DNA from: Octopus bimaculoides
Taxonomy: Eukaryota
Direction: 5' to 3'
NCBI RefSeq assembly: GCF_001194135.2
Contig: NC_069004.1
Span: 19,604,789-19,645,032 of the forward strand
Length of the DNA stretch: 40,244 bases
Below the pieces are notes generated by a model. The model did not search any database. It was given only the letters and a program-made list of their open reading frames with translations, and was not told the origin of the DNA. The position numbers were made by a program, and so were the translations under genes. Below are positions 11,803 to 23,599 of this stretch, piece by piece. The stretch's first letter is position 1. Each line of letters opens with the position of its first letter.

Positions 11803-13529
11803 TTTAGGGTTGATTGTCAGAAAATAGAATACTCAATACCATAGTGTGTGTATATGTGCGCGCACACACACACATTATAGATATATATTATTTTAGTTGA
11901 GTCAGTCACTTGCTATTCTGAGTCTTGCCAGTAGGTTGAAGTCTTCAGGCAAGTTATGACTGATGAAAATGATATAATTTACACGTCTATATACAGGATT
12001 CCTGTCATGTATCTGTACACACATATCATCATCATCATCATCATTTAATGTTCATGTTCCGCGCTGGCAGGGGTTCTATATAGCATACATTCTCACCCAC
12101 ATATACACACGAATGCCTGTATTTCTCCTTCTTTCATTCTCTCTATCTCACCCCCCTCTCTCAGAGTATCTCTCACTCTCTTTCTCTCATTGCCTTAACC
12201 AAGAAATAAGGCTCTGTTGAATTTAAAACTTGACGTGCAGAGTCTATTATAATTTAATACAATTGACATTAAAAAACAAAGGATGTATGATTGTTTTTCC
12301 TTGGGCAATAAAGTATTTAAATGAGCGTGTGTGTGTGTGTGTGTGTGTGTTGGTAGGGAGCAGATGAAATGAAAAAAAAAAAAGGAAAAAAATTAATGCT
12401 GCTAGGATGGGGCTTTAATTACAATCAATACATTTTCCTCGTTTATTCGTGCTTTCCTACTCCTTTTCAATTGCTTGTCATTTCTTCATTTCTCCCCCCC
12501 CCCTTCTCAGCCTAGTTTTTAACTGAAAGCCAACGTCCAGATGTCATTTCTATATTGGAAAGCTACTATTTCTTCTTGATGGCTACCTTGAATCAATTTT
12601 TAGCTACAAATAATCTCAGCCAGCCAGCCACTAAAGAAAGTAAAGATCAGCTTGCGTAGTATTTTGGTATATTTCGCCTTCACTTGCTATATGTGCCTCT
12701 GAGCCACACNNNNNNNNNNNNNNNNNNNNNNNNNNNNNNNNNNNNNNNNNNNNNNNNNNNNNNNNNNNNNNNNNNNNNNNNNNNNNNNNNNNNNNNNNNN
12801 NNNNNNNNNNNNNNNNNNNNNNNNNNNNNNNNNNNNNNNNNNNNNNNNNNNNNNNNNNNNNNNNNNNNNNNNNNNNNNNNNNNNNNNNNNNNNNNNNNNN
12901 NNNNNNNNNNNNNNNNNNNNNNNNNNNNNNNNNNNNNNNNNNNNNNNNNNNNNNNNNNNNNNNNNNNNNNNNNNNNNNNNNNNNNNNNNNNNNNNNNNNN
13001 NNNNNNNNNNNNNNNNNNNNNNNNNNNNNNNNNNNNNNNNNNNNNNNNNNNNNNNNNNNNNNNNNNNNNNNNNNNNNNNNNNNNNNNNNNNNNNNNNNNN
13101 NNNNNNNNNNNNNNNNNNNNNNNNNNNNNNNNNNNNNNNNNNNNNNNNNNNNNNNNNNNNNNNNNNNNNNNNNNNNNNNNNNNNNNNNNNNNNNNNNNNN
13201 NNNNNNNNNNNNNNNNNNNNNNNNNNNNNNNNNNNNACTTTAAAAACAAAAACAAACAAAACCTCATTCAGTAAACGATTTAAATATATATTGATTATAG
13301 TGTAATATGAAATGCCTTTATTAAGTAAAAGAGATTATTCTATTTTTATTTTTCAAACGAATGGGAATTCCCTCATTGTGTTTTAATAGGTCTTGTGTGT
13401 TTTGTTCTTGATGCGAGAAACTGAAAGACTGTTTGAATCGAATACCGCTAGATTTGCACTCATAAATAATGATGTAAACAGATTAAATTTTTCTTTTCTT
13501 CTCTTTTTTTCTTCCTTTTTTAACTAACT

Positions 13530-13700
13530 AGTTATTTAACCCCAGGCCAGCCCTCATAGTGCAAACCTATGATGCAAAAGTTTTCCATCCTGTTTGCATC
13601 ACCCAATGTATTTTTGTTATTTTCAAGTTGCTAATGGTAGGATTTGAAGAGGAACTGCTGCTATTTCTAACAGTTCAAGTGACCACGTTGAGGCTGTATT
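13530..13700 (-). repeat. Unclassified dispersed repeat family E (also ~8310-8390, 8700-8770, 19290-19430, 25290-25470, 34060-34220, 37250-37390)
   Basis: Shared motifs gctagaaatagcagccaaatc.ccctcaaa.cacc and ctttgatcatagg.ctgct. Confidence 0.5.
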
Positions 13701-13789
13701 GCTCTACTCTTTAGCAGGGATCAGCAATTTCTTTGTTGTAATGACCCAATTTTGATTTTTTTTTTTAACATTTGCCCATAGCCCATATC

Positions 13790-14183
13790 TTTTATACTTG
13801 TTTCAGTCATTGGACTGTGACCATGCTGAAGCACCACCTTGAAGAGTTTAGTCAACTCAACTCTACTTATTTTTTAAGCTTGGTGGCTTATTCTATAGGT
13901 CAGTTTTGCCGAGCAGCTAAGTTATTAGAATGTAAGCGAATCAACAATGGTTATTATGTGATGGTGGTGGTGAACAAATACATAGGCACCCATTCATACA
14001 TAGACACACACACACATTTATACATACACGTGATCGGTTTCTTTCAGCTTCCCTCTACCAAATCCACTCACTAGGCCTGGGGTTATAAAAGAAGACACTT
14101 GCCCGAGGCACCGTCCTGTAGGACTGAACCTAAGACCACATGATTGGGAAGCAAGTTTCTCAACCACACAGTCACGCCTGCCT
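13790..14183 (-). mobile_element. SINE family A
   Basis: Full-length match to the 3185 copy. Confidence 0.75.
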
Positions 14184-14424
14184 ATATATATATATATATN
14201 NNNNNNNNNNNNNNNNNNNNNNNNNNNNNNNNNNNNNNNNNNNNNNNNNNNNNNNNNNNNNNNNNNNNNNNNNNNNNNNNNNTACTCTTTCAGTAAGAAG
14301 GGAAAACAGTGTCTGCTTCTTTATATGACCTCCTAGACTGGTGAGTGATCCTCAATTATATTTTAGTGAAAATATTTTGGTGAATGTGAAGCAGTTAGAC
14401 TTCTTGTAGCCCACAAGACTTCCT

Positions 14425-14768
14425 GAATGCCATTCCCAACCACATGGTTCCAGGTTTAGTCCCATTACATGGCACTTGGGGGCAAGTGTCCTCAACTATA
14501 GCTCTGGACTGACCAGAGCCTTGTGAATGTGTTTGGTAGATGGAACCTGAAAGGCCTGTCGTATTTATATGTGTGTGTCTGTGTGTCTCTCCCCAACCCC
14601 GTTTAACAACCGGTGTTGGCATGTTTACATCCCTGTAACTTATAAGTATCAGGCTTTAAGAAAGTAAAAGTACTAGAGTTTATTCATTTGACTAAAACTT
14701 CTTCAAGGTGGTGCCTCAGCATGGCCGCACTCAAATGACTGAAACAAGTAAATGATAAAAGATAAAAG
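14425..14768 (+). mobile_element. SINE family A
   Basis: cccaaccacatggttcc...gactgaaacaagtaaa. Confidence 0.75.
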
Positions 14769-15834
14769 ATCAATTTTGTTTAGTAGTGTGACCTGTGTGA
14801 CGATGAGCCATGTTTCATACAACCCACTTTGGCACTCTGATGAAACCATAACGTTAATCATTTGTAGATTGCTTTTGCTTTATATTGAACCTTCACAAGA
14901 GAGATTAATGACATTGTCATTATGTAGAAAAACTAAAGGCAGCAGGGAACCCTGCATATGGGTTTATTCAGCTCAATTGATCGACTAGTCCCCTCGACCA
15001 AAATTTCAGGCCTTGTGCCTATATTAGAAAGGATTATTATTATTATTATTTCTCCTAATTTGTGATTAAGACTTGTGTTGCAGATGCTATTTGCAGTGAA
15101 TTCATCACTACAGTGTAACACGTGCTAGTTGTCAGGTAGGCAGCTTTAGGCTAGATTAAGTGCCATGCTTGGTGGAGATAATATAATACCAACACCTGTG
15201 ACATAAAGTATTGAAAATATTATCATAGGCCAGCATGAAGTCACATTTTTTGTTTTTTATATAAGGGACAGCCGGCATTAATTTCAACTTGTTTAAATGT
15301 CTAGGTGACTCTAAGTTTTAATTTGCACTTTTTTCTTCCTGTTGCATATCCTTGCTCTGGTGGCATGCAAAGAAATCAATGTTACATATTGAAGAAAACT
15401 GTTATAAATATAAGGCTAGATGTCTTAGTAAGGCTTACAACGCTTTTGATTTCATATCGTTTTAACTTTCCCCACAACTCTTAAAACCAGAGACCACCAA
15501 CATAAGATAAGCATCTATTATCCCACATTTACACCCCCACCATTTCAATTTACAATTCATAAGTTTTAAGTTTGGAGAATTTTTCAATTTTTAATTGTTT
15601 GGAGAATACACAGAAGACTGTGCGCTTTGAGTATTTCAGCAAACAATAAACTTGGATTATTTTGACATTTTGTCTTTTGGAAATGAAGAATATTAATGAT
15701 GCTATACCGAAGAAGATCAATCATTTTTTTCAAAATACATAAGGAATAAAATTATACTTTAAAATATCTGAATTTCAAAAGACAATCCATGCCAGCATGC
15801 AAAACAAAAGTTAAATGATGGTATCATTATTAAG

Positions 15835-16020
15835 GTAGTGAGCTGGCAGAATCTTTAGCAAGCTAGGCAAAGTGCTTGGCATCATTTCGCCTGTCCTTAT
15901 ATTCTGAGTTTAAATTCTGCTGAGTCAATAAATTAAGTACCAGTGAAGTCAATGAAATTGATTAATCCCCTCCCCACAAAATTTAGTGCCATGTGCCTTT
16001 AGTAGAAAGAAATATTATTA
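15835..16020 (+). mobile_element. SINE family B
   Basis: ggtagtgagctggcagaatc...gtagaaagaaatattatt. Confidence 0.7.
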
Positions 16021-16142
16021 CACCAGGCAAAATGCTTAGCGGTACTATTATATTGATGATGATGAAAGAGAGAAAGAAAGAAAGTTTAATGTATATCAGA
16101 ATAAACATTCTCATTCATTTGTGACTTTACTTTTTGCCCCCA

Positions 16143-16524
16143 TTGGCTCCTAAGAAAATTCATAGTGTAAGTACTTAGTGTCCTGCTATAACACTGGAAG
16201 ATAAACTGGCTGTGATAAAATGCCATGAAAAGGGTGAAAAAGTGGTAGCAGTTGCACGATCTTTTGGGATGAGTTGGATAACTGTATCAGTGATTGTACA
16301 TAATAAGGACAAGATTTTAGCATATATCAAACATATCAAACCATGTATTATTGAAAATGTATTCGTAAATAAAGTACAGAACTGGGAATGGTTATTATCA
16401 TTGGTTTAGCCTAGAGACAAGTAAATTTGTCCTAGCCTAGCCACAAGTTAATTCGACTTAGTTGTTTTTCAACTTATGTTGTTTCCTAGAACCAATTAAC
16501 GATGTAGGGTGAGGTATGGCTGTA
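16143..16524 (+). mobile_element. Internally deleted Tigger/pogo DNA transposon remnant
   Basis: Reads (M)APKKIHSVST*CPAITLEDKLAVIKCHEKGEKVVAVARSFGMSWITVSVIVHNKDKILAYIK, a CENP-B/psq-type HTH. The 3' end gaggtatggctg-TA resembles a Tigger TIR plus TA TSD. Confidence 0.8.
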
Positions 16525-16699
16525 CTTGTGTATGAGTTTGTCTCTCCTTGTTGGCTGTGAAAATGCTGTCTTTTAGTTGTTGGTTCCATATCAGGTATAC
16601 TTTCCAGAAATATTGATCAAAATATTTCTAGTCATGGCTGTCTTTTCTTCTGGGACTATGCATATGTAGAATGTATGTGTTCTTTTTTTTTTTACTTTG

Positions 16700-17045
16700 G
16701 CTTATCTTTTACTTGCTTCTGTCATTAAACTTCGGTCATACTGGGGCACCACCTTGAAAAATTATAGTTGAATGAATCAACCACAGTACTTCTTTTTTTT
16801 TTTTAAAGCCTTGTACTTGTTCTATCAGTTGTTTTTGCCAAAAACCATTAAGCTACAGGGATGTAAATACCAACACCAGTTGTCAAGCATTGGTGAGGGA
16901 CTGACACACATGCACACACACATACACACACGATAGGCTTCTTTCAGTTTCCACCTACCAAAGACACTTTCCCCAGGTTCCACACAATGAGACTGAACCC
17001 GAAACCATATGGTTGGGAAGCAAATTTCTTACCACACAGTTACAC
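16700..17045 (-). mobile_element. SINE family A
   Basis: Same head and tail motifs. Confidence 0.7.
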
Positions 17046-17994
17046 CTGAATATTTGGTTGTTATTTCAATCATGTCAAGTTACCACATGGAAGCTAGCTT
17101 GTTGGTGTGTTACTGGATTAGAAGACTTGGCAGAGTGCAGGGCAAAATAGTTTATTTATTTACATTCCTTCAGGTTTTGACTTCAAATCTCATTGTCAAA
17201 TTACTGGAGTTCATTACATCAGCTATGTTGTTCTTCCAGAATAGCCTGACCTTGTTGCCTCAGTAACAAATAGACTCTAAAAAAAAAATCCCATCTCCAA
17301 CTGTGTTAGTTTAAGTATTATGACAGTTGCCAACAACAGTTTGTCACTTATTGTGGAATGGTGCCATATTTTGTAATTTGTGCTATTATGATGGAATAAT
17401 ATGTATGTGTGGTAGAGGGGGAGAAAATACATTAGTGCAAGATGGAATTCTTGGAGGGCTGATTCAAATGACCCAGTTTCCAATCCCAGTTTAGCACCCT
17501 TTTCCACTTTTCTCAATGACATATTTGACCCAGATTACACTAGTTTTTGCCAAAGGTGATTGGTTAGAAGATGCTGGATGGAAAACTGTCCTTAGTTCCC
17601 AGTAGATAAATACTTGTTGCTCAATTTGAATAGTGGTTCTTAATCCTTTTAGCACAATGTTTCCAAACCTATTTTCCTCCCAAGCCCCACTATAACTTTC
17701 CAGAAAAACGCAGTTTGCCCCCACTGCTGGCTGGTAAAAAAAAACCCAATTTATTTTTGATATTTTATAACATTTGAATAGCATTGTACTGTAGCAGTCT
17801 TCATACAGTATGTTTGACTGGAGGGATTGGTCTGGCCAGGCCGAATATAGGTGGAGTATGTTTATTGTGGTAAAAAGATTTTCGCAATTCCATGTCTCAC
17901 TAAAAAAAACAAAAAAAACACACCATGTACTACCTCAATTTTTCTTGACCCCACTAGTGGGACATATGCCCTGTGTTGGGAATTACTACTTGGG

Positions 17995-18162
17995 CATTCA
18001 AAGCAGTTCTAACCTCTCACACCTACCCTACAATGTTATTTTAAAAGTAAACAACCACATCATTGAAATGTTGAAGCTACAAGATAATGCATGACTAATT
18101 CAAAACAATTAGAATGAATAAGCATTACATTGGACAAAATAATCTGAATGCTAACGGATTAA
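17995..18162 (-). mobile_element. piggyBac-type MITE family 1, partial
   Basis: Ends aatctgaatgctaacggattaa. Confidence 0.7.
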
Positions 18163-18299
18163 CCTGAGCCTCCAACACCCAACCATGCCACTATTCTTTG
18201 TGGTAGTGATGGGTGTTGCGGCCTCAAAAAGCGCAATCTTGAGTGTTGGAAGGGAGTGGAGAGTGCGCATAATTTTTCTTAGAAATAAAGTATTTAAAG

Positions 18300-18602
18300 C
18301 AGGGGTTCTCAGCCATTTTTTATCTATGGACCCCTTTGATTACTATTTGATTCTGGTGGACCCCAACAGCCATTTGATGTTTAAAAACTAATTTTATAGA
18401 TACTTCTTTTAAAATTCCTACTTTGTTTTTTTTTCCTTTTACATATTGACTTCTGTAGGTTGAACAGAGAAAGAAACCTAACACATGCTTTTAAGGCAAT
18501 ATTTTTTCAGGGGCCCTTAAAATACTATTGTAGATCCCCAATTTACTATTTTGTTGCTTGGACCCCCAAAAATCTTAGATGAACCCCAATTGAGAACCAC
18601 TG
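18300..18602. mobile_element. hAT-type MITE, complete
   Basis: TIRs CAGGGGTTCTCA...TGAGAACCACTG. 8-bp TSD atttaaag (18292-18299) / atttaatg (18603-18610), 7/8 identical. Confidence 0.85.
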
Positions 18603-19458
18603 ATTTAATGCATAAAGAATGCCTGCAGTTTAAACCCCCATCCAAAATCTTTGCCAGAATTAGAATTAGAATGTATTGTGTTATCAGTGAGCAAAAACAC
18701 AACTGGTGCTGTGCCCCAAGTTTGGATATATAATTACATTATATGTCTTCTGTTTCGTTAGTCATTTTGTTACTATATTTTGTTACTACCTATGTTTCAA
18801 TTGATTTTGGAAATAATAATGAATTTAATAAAATAACTTTAACTTTAAGAGTTCTTCAAGGCAGTGCCCCAGCATGGCCACAATCTAATGACTGAAACAA
18901 GTAAAAGAATAAAAGAATAGGAGTACTAATAGGCACAAATATCTAAAAGGAGACACATGTTAGATTGGCTACAATAACATATGGATAATAAATCACTGAG
19001 TAAAATTTAACTTCTGTTTGATTAAAATTATCTCCTGGCAGGGAAAGTGTCTCAATATTCCAGCTCACTTTATATGTGAAGCAGGTGTTTCTAAAATACC
19101 GTAAGTGAAATGGAGACACTGGACTACAAAAAAGTTGGGGAACACTGATTTGTAAGGCTCTGAGAAAGTTGGGCTCATGTAGTATTATTGTTAAGAAACA
19201 TGGAAATATGCTGTTTGTTACCAAACTCCTGCAACTCATTACTGCTTGTGTGTATGTGTGTGAGACTGATGTTAAATAGGAGTGTTATTGCTTAGTCCCA
19301 ATATTGATTGAGCAGACCTATGATCAAAGGTGTTCCAGTCTGTCCTTTCTAACCAAGTAGAATGTGATTTGAAGAAGATTTGGCTGTTGTTTCTAGCAGA
19401 TTGAGCAGGCACTTAGAAGCTACTTGTTGCTTTGTAGTAATGATTTTTGATACGATTG

Positions 19459-19551
19459 ACATTGAAGTCTTGAAGCTATAAAATAACACATGATAAATTC
19501 AAAAGAACATGGATAAATAAGCATTTAGCAGAGTAATCCGAATGCTAAAGG
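19459..19551 (-). mobile_element. piggyBac-type MITE family 1, fragment
   Basis: gagtaatccgaatgctaaagg end. Confidence 0.6.
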
Positions 19552-19633
19552 TTTTTGATATGATTTGTCTCCATGCATCCTTATTTATATGTCTATACTA
19601 AATAATTAAAATATGTTTCTTTTTTTGTTGTAG

Positions 19634-19682
19634 GGTACATAATGTTGTAGAAGCATCAGTTAGCAGTCCAGCTGCTGGAATC
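19634..19682 (+). other. REV3L: 5' part of the REV3L exon (leader or N-terminal extension) after a strong splice acceptor
   Basis: The polypyrimidine acceptor ttctttttttgttgtag|G ends at 19633, so at least one upstream exon is implied. Confidence 0.75.
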
Positions 19683-19806
19683 ATGTTTTCAGTGCGTATA
19701 GTCACTGCTGACTACTATGTCTCAAACCCTGTTGCTGGCCTGGATGCAAAACTTTCATCGTCGGTTCAAGTTCCAGTTATCCGTATATTTGGATCCACAC
19801 CAGCTG
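19683..19806 (+). CDS. REV3L: First coding exon of DNA polymerase zeta catalytic subunit (REV3L)
   Basis: Hand translation gives MFSVRIVTADYYVSNPVAGLDAKLSSSVQVPVIRIFGSTPA-G, matching the REV3 N-terminus (human, recalled: MFSVRIVTADYYMASPLQGLD...VPVVRVFGATPAG). It ends in a phase-1 donor CTG|GTAAGC at 19807, the same intron position as vertebrate REV3L. Too short for the ORF track. Confidence 0.93.
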
Positions 19807-20097
19807 GTAAGCAATGTTTGCCCTTTTTCTCTTGAAAACTGTTGCTGACAATTGAACTCTTTACACAAGAACATTTCTTCAAGTAAACTAGTTTTTACTT
19901 GTTCTCCCACCTAAACCATTTTCCCTTCTTTCAACCCTCTTGTCCGTGCCCTTGCATTCTAAATCCTAGATCAACCTTGATCGGTGTTTTAGCTGTTGCC
20001 ATCTGTTTCCTGCTTTATTTCCTTCCAAATATAGCGTATCTAGGATAACATTTAATCCAAAATGTTCATTTATGAAGACGAGTGTATTTTGAGGGAG

Positions 20098-20275
20098 CAG
20101 TGGTTCTCAACCAGGGTTCCTATGGCCCTTGAGGGTCCATATAAGATTTTGTTAGATTTGTGCCATAAACTGCTTTTACATTTACGACGTACAGAATATT
20201 TTAACGAACTTTTTATATGATTCTTGATATGTAATAATAAAAATATAATAGGATTTTTTTAAAAACATTGAATGG
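20098..20275. mobile_element. hAT-type MITE, partial
   Basis: Starts cagtggttctcaaccaggg...ggtccatataagattt, matching the 2772 copy. Confidence 0.65.
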
Positions 20276-20299
20276 TATCCTCCTTGTTTTTTTTTTTTC

Positions 20300-20680
20300 A
20301 TTTTTATTCTTTTACTTGTTTCAGTCATTAGACTGTGGCCATGCTGGGCACTGTCTTGATGAGTTTTTACCCAAATGAATTTGCCCCAGTATTTAATTTT
20401 TAAAATGTGGTATTTATTCTATCAGTCAATTTTGCTGAACTGCTAAGTTACAGTGGCATAAACACACCAACACCAGTTGTCAGGCAGTGGCGAGGGGAAC
20501 ACAAAACACACACACACACATATAATGGACTTCTTTCAGTTTCTGCCTGCCAGATCCACTCACAAGACTTTGGTCAGCCAGAGGCTATAGTAGAAGACAC
20601 TTGTCCAAGATGCCACGCAGTAGGACTTGAACCCGAAGCCATGTGGTTGGGTGCAAGCCCCTTACCATACAGTGCTACTC
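20300..20680 (-). mobile_element. SINE family A
   Basis: Same motifs; explains ORF 20407-20757. Confidence 0.75.
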
Positions 20681-20719
20681 TGGGAAAATGTGTTTCTTAC
20701 CTACAGGAAAGTATATTTC

Positions 20720-21060
20720 AGAGTGATGGGACCTTCAGCTTGTCTCTTCTATTATAGCCCTGGGCCAAACAATTCCTTGTGAGTGAATTTGGTACGTGTA
20801 AGCTGTGTGGAGACCTGTTGCGTGCACCTGTATGTGTCTGTCTTTGAATTTGTGTATGTCTCCTTCACCATTTCACACCAGTATTGGTTTATTTACATTC
20901 CTATAACTTAAAAATTTTAGCAAAAGAAACTGATAAAATAAGTACGAAACTTAGGAAACAAAAGAATTATTGGGGTCAGTTTCTTTGACTAAGCCCTTCA
21001 AAGTAGTGCTCCAGCATGGCACAGTCCACTGATTGAAACAAGTAAAAGATAACAGATAAG
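20720..21060 (+). mobile_element. SINE family A
   Basis: Same motifs. Confidence 0.7.
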
Positions 21061-21534
21061 TTATATTCTATGAAGAAGCTGATTTATGGAAGAATTGATA
21101 TAAAATAATGCTCACACCAACATATCCTGCCATGTGATAACTTCAGTTAACCCTGTCATGTAATAGCTTCAGTTAGTGCAATCCTTTTTTTACTAACCTT
21201 ATTTTAGTTTCTTGTTAAATGATGCCACAGGTGGTATTAAATACCTTAGGTTTGTCAACTTAACTTGCAATGTTTATCTGACATTAAATGAATAATTTTG
21301 AAAATAGGACACGTATTTTGTCAACTGACTGGATTTTGTACAGAGGTCATTGACTTGTTTTCACTAAGAAACATATTTTGCGTGTTCGCGTGTGTGAGAG
21401 ATTCGAATTAATATCAATCCCTGCCATCGTTACTCAACTGTTTCATTCTTATTTTTTCCCAGTGGCAGAAAAAAAATGGCCTTGGCACAATTTGAAAATC
21501 AATGCATAAAATAGATGTAATGAAAACGTATCTT

Positions 21535-21890
21535 TTAACTTTTTACTCGTTTCAGTCATTAGACTGCAGTCATGCTATAGCACTGCCTTGAAAGATTTAG
21601 TCAAACAAACTGACCCAAGGATTAAAAAAATTTTTGTTCCATTAGTCTCTTTTGCTAGACTGCTAAATTACAGGGATGTTAACAAACCAACACTGGTTGT
21701 CAAGCAGTGGTGGTGATCAAACACAGGTACATTAGTAATGGGCTTCTTTCAGTTTCCATCTATTAAATCTTCTCACAAGGCATTGTTTGACCCAAGCCTA
21801 CAGTAGATACTCGCTGAAGGGACCATGCACTAAGACTGAACTGAAAACCATATGACGCAAACTTGTTAACCACACAGCTATGCTTGCATG
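21535..21890 (-). mobile_element. SINE family A
   Basis: Same motifs. Confidence 0.7.
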
Positions 21891-22035
21891 TGTATTGAGG
21901 TTTTTCAAATGGGAATTTGGTTTTTGCTATAAATCTCTATCACCATAGAAGTGTTGTGTGACAAACATGCCAAATTGTTGGGTATCAGACAAAATGCCTG
22001 CAATACTTTCCTTATGCTAACAATTCTGCCAGCTC

Positions 22036-22245
22036 GCTGGCAGAATTGTTAGCACACCGGGCAAAATGCTTAGGAGAATTTCGTCCATCCTTATGTTCTG
22101 AGTTCTAAATCTGGTGGGGGTTAACTTTTCCTTTCATATTTTTGAGGTCAGTAAAATAACTATCATTCAAGCACTGGGATTGATGTAATCAACTTTCAAA
22201 CCTTCCCAGAAACTTCTGGCCTTGTATCAAAATTTAAAGCGAATA
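22036..22245 (+). mobile_element. SINE family B
   Basis: gctggcagaattgttagcacaccgggcaaaatgc. Confidence 0.7.
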
Positions 22246-22400
22246 TTTGGTGATGAAGCTTTACTTTCTGAGGTCAACTCTGTCTGTCATCTTTCGGGGG
22301 AGTTTGATGAAATAATGTACTGTCTAGAATTGGAGTTGACTTTAATATTCTTATAAATCATCTGGAATTATAATGGTAAAGATTGTGATTTACTCTTTCA

Positions 22401-22624
22401 TCCTTTAGCATTCAGAATACTTTGTCAACGATAATGCTTATTTATTCACATTGTGTTTTAAGTTTATCATTTATTATCTGTTAGCTTCAAGAGTTTGACT
22501 GTGATAGTGTATTATTAGAATGACATTGTAGGGTACATGTGAAAGGCAAGATCTGTCTAGTCTGAACATAAAGCAGGTAGAATATTTGGGCTAGATATGG
22601 CTGGTTTCAATGCTAAAAGGTTAA
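22401..22624 (+). mobile_element. piggyBac-type MITE family 1
   Basis: cctttagcattcag...aatgctaaaaggttaa. Confidence 0.75.
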
Positions 22625-22845
22625 CTCTTGATATCAACCTGCCTGAGATCACCTCAGGTTCTATGACAAACTTTACTGTTTTAAAGTGGTCTAAATTACA
22701 ATCTTCCATCAAAATGTCATGTTAATTTGTTCCAGACCTCAGCTTAATAATGATAAAGGTATTTTACTAAATTCTTCATTATTTTAAAAATTAATTGAAA
22801 CAAAGGCAGCATGTGCTGACAGAAATATGGTAACAAAAGAGTTAA
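22621..22845 (-). mobile_element. TTAA-flanked MITE, family 2
   Basis: TTAA-CTCTTGATATC...GGTAACAAAAGAG-TTAA. Partial copies at ~24378-24478 and ~18765-18845. Confidence 0.65.
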
Positions 22846-22863
22846 GTGTCATTACATATTCAT

Positions 22864-23092
22864 TTAACCCTTTATCATTCAGATCACTCTGTCATATGTA
22901 TTGCTTATTTATTCATATTGTTTTCATTAATCATGTATTATCTTGTAGCTTCAGGGTTTTGATGATGTGATTGTATATTTTTAGAATGACATTGTAGGGT
23001 AGGTGTGAGAGATAGGATCTGGCTGATTTGAGCATAAAACAGGTAGACTATTAGGGGCTGGATATGGTGGGTTTAAATGCTTAAAGAGTTAA
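22864..23092 (+). mobile_element. piggyBac-type MITE family 1
   Basis: ttaaccctttatcattcag...aatgcttaaagagttaa. Confidence 0.78.
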
Positions 23093-23209
23093 TGGTTTCA
23101 TTCTTCAGACTGCAGATATGCCAGTGCACTATTTGCAAGGGCTTTTGTCAACTATATAGACCCAGTACTAAGTTGGGTTTTTATTTTATAGGTCTGTATA
23201 ATAGGTGCA

Positions 23210-23545
23210 AACAACGCTTTTAAGATGTTGGTTAAGAAGCTCACTTTGTAACCATGTGGTTTTAGTTTGTCCCATTCCATGGTACTTAGGACAAGTGCCT
23301 TGTATTATAGACCCGAGCTGACCTATTTATCTTGAATGAATTTGGTTGATGGAAACTGTGTGGAAGCCTATTTTGTGTGTTTGTCTGCTCACTGATTGGG
23401 AATAGGTGTTGGTTTGTTTACATCCCCATAACTTAGTGGTTTGGCAAAAGAGATCAATAGAATAAGTACCAGACTTCAAAAAAATAAGTACTGGGGTCAA
23501 TTTGTTTGACTAAACCCTGTATGGCTGCCATCCAATGATTGAGAT
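23210..23545 (+). mobile_element. SINE family A
   Basis: Same motifs. Confidence 0.65.
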
Positions 23546-23599
23546 GCGTAAAAGATTAAGTTGGTTAAGTTGGCCTTTTGGTGTAGAGAAGTGTAACTT

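Noticed and set aside
11204-14935. Shared ~21-mer tgtcattatgtagaaaacta at ~11207 and ~14915
   Set aside because: Short, AT-rich and with no extendable flanks; probably a degraded repeat or chance.
17491-17784. 97-aa minus-strand ORF
   Set aside because: No recognisable domain, and it overlaps a degraded hAT-like MITE end (tagtggttcttaatcc at ~17631).
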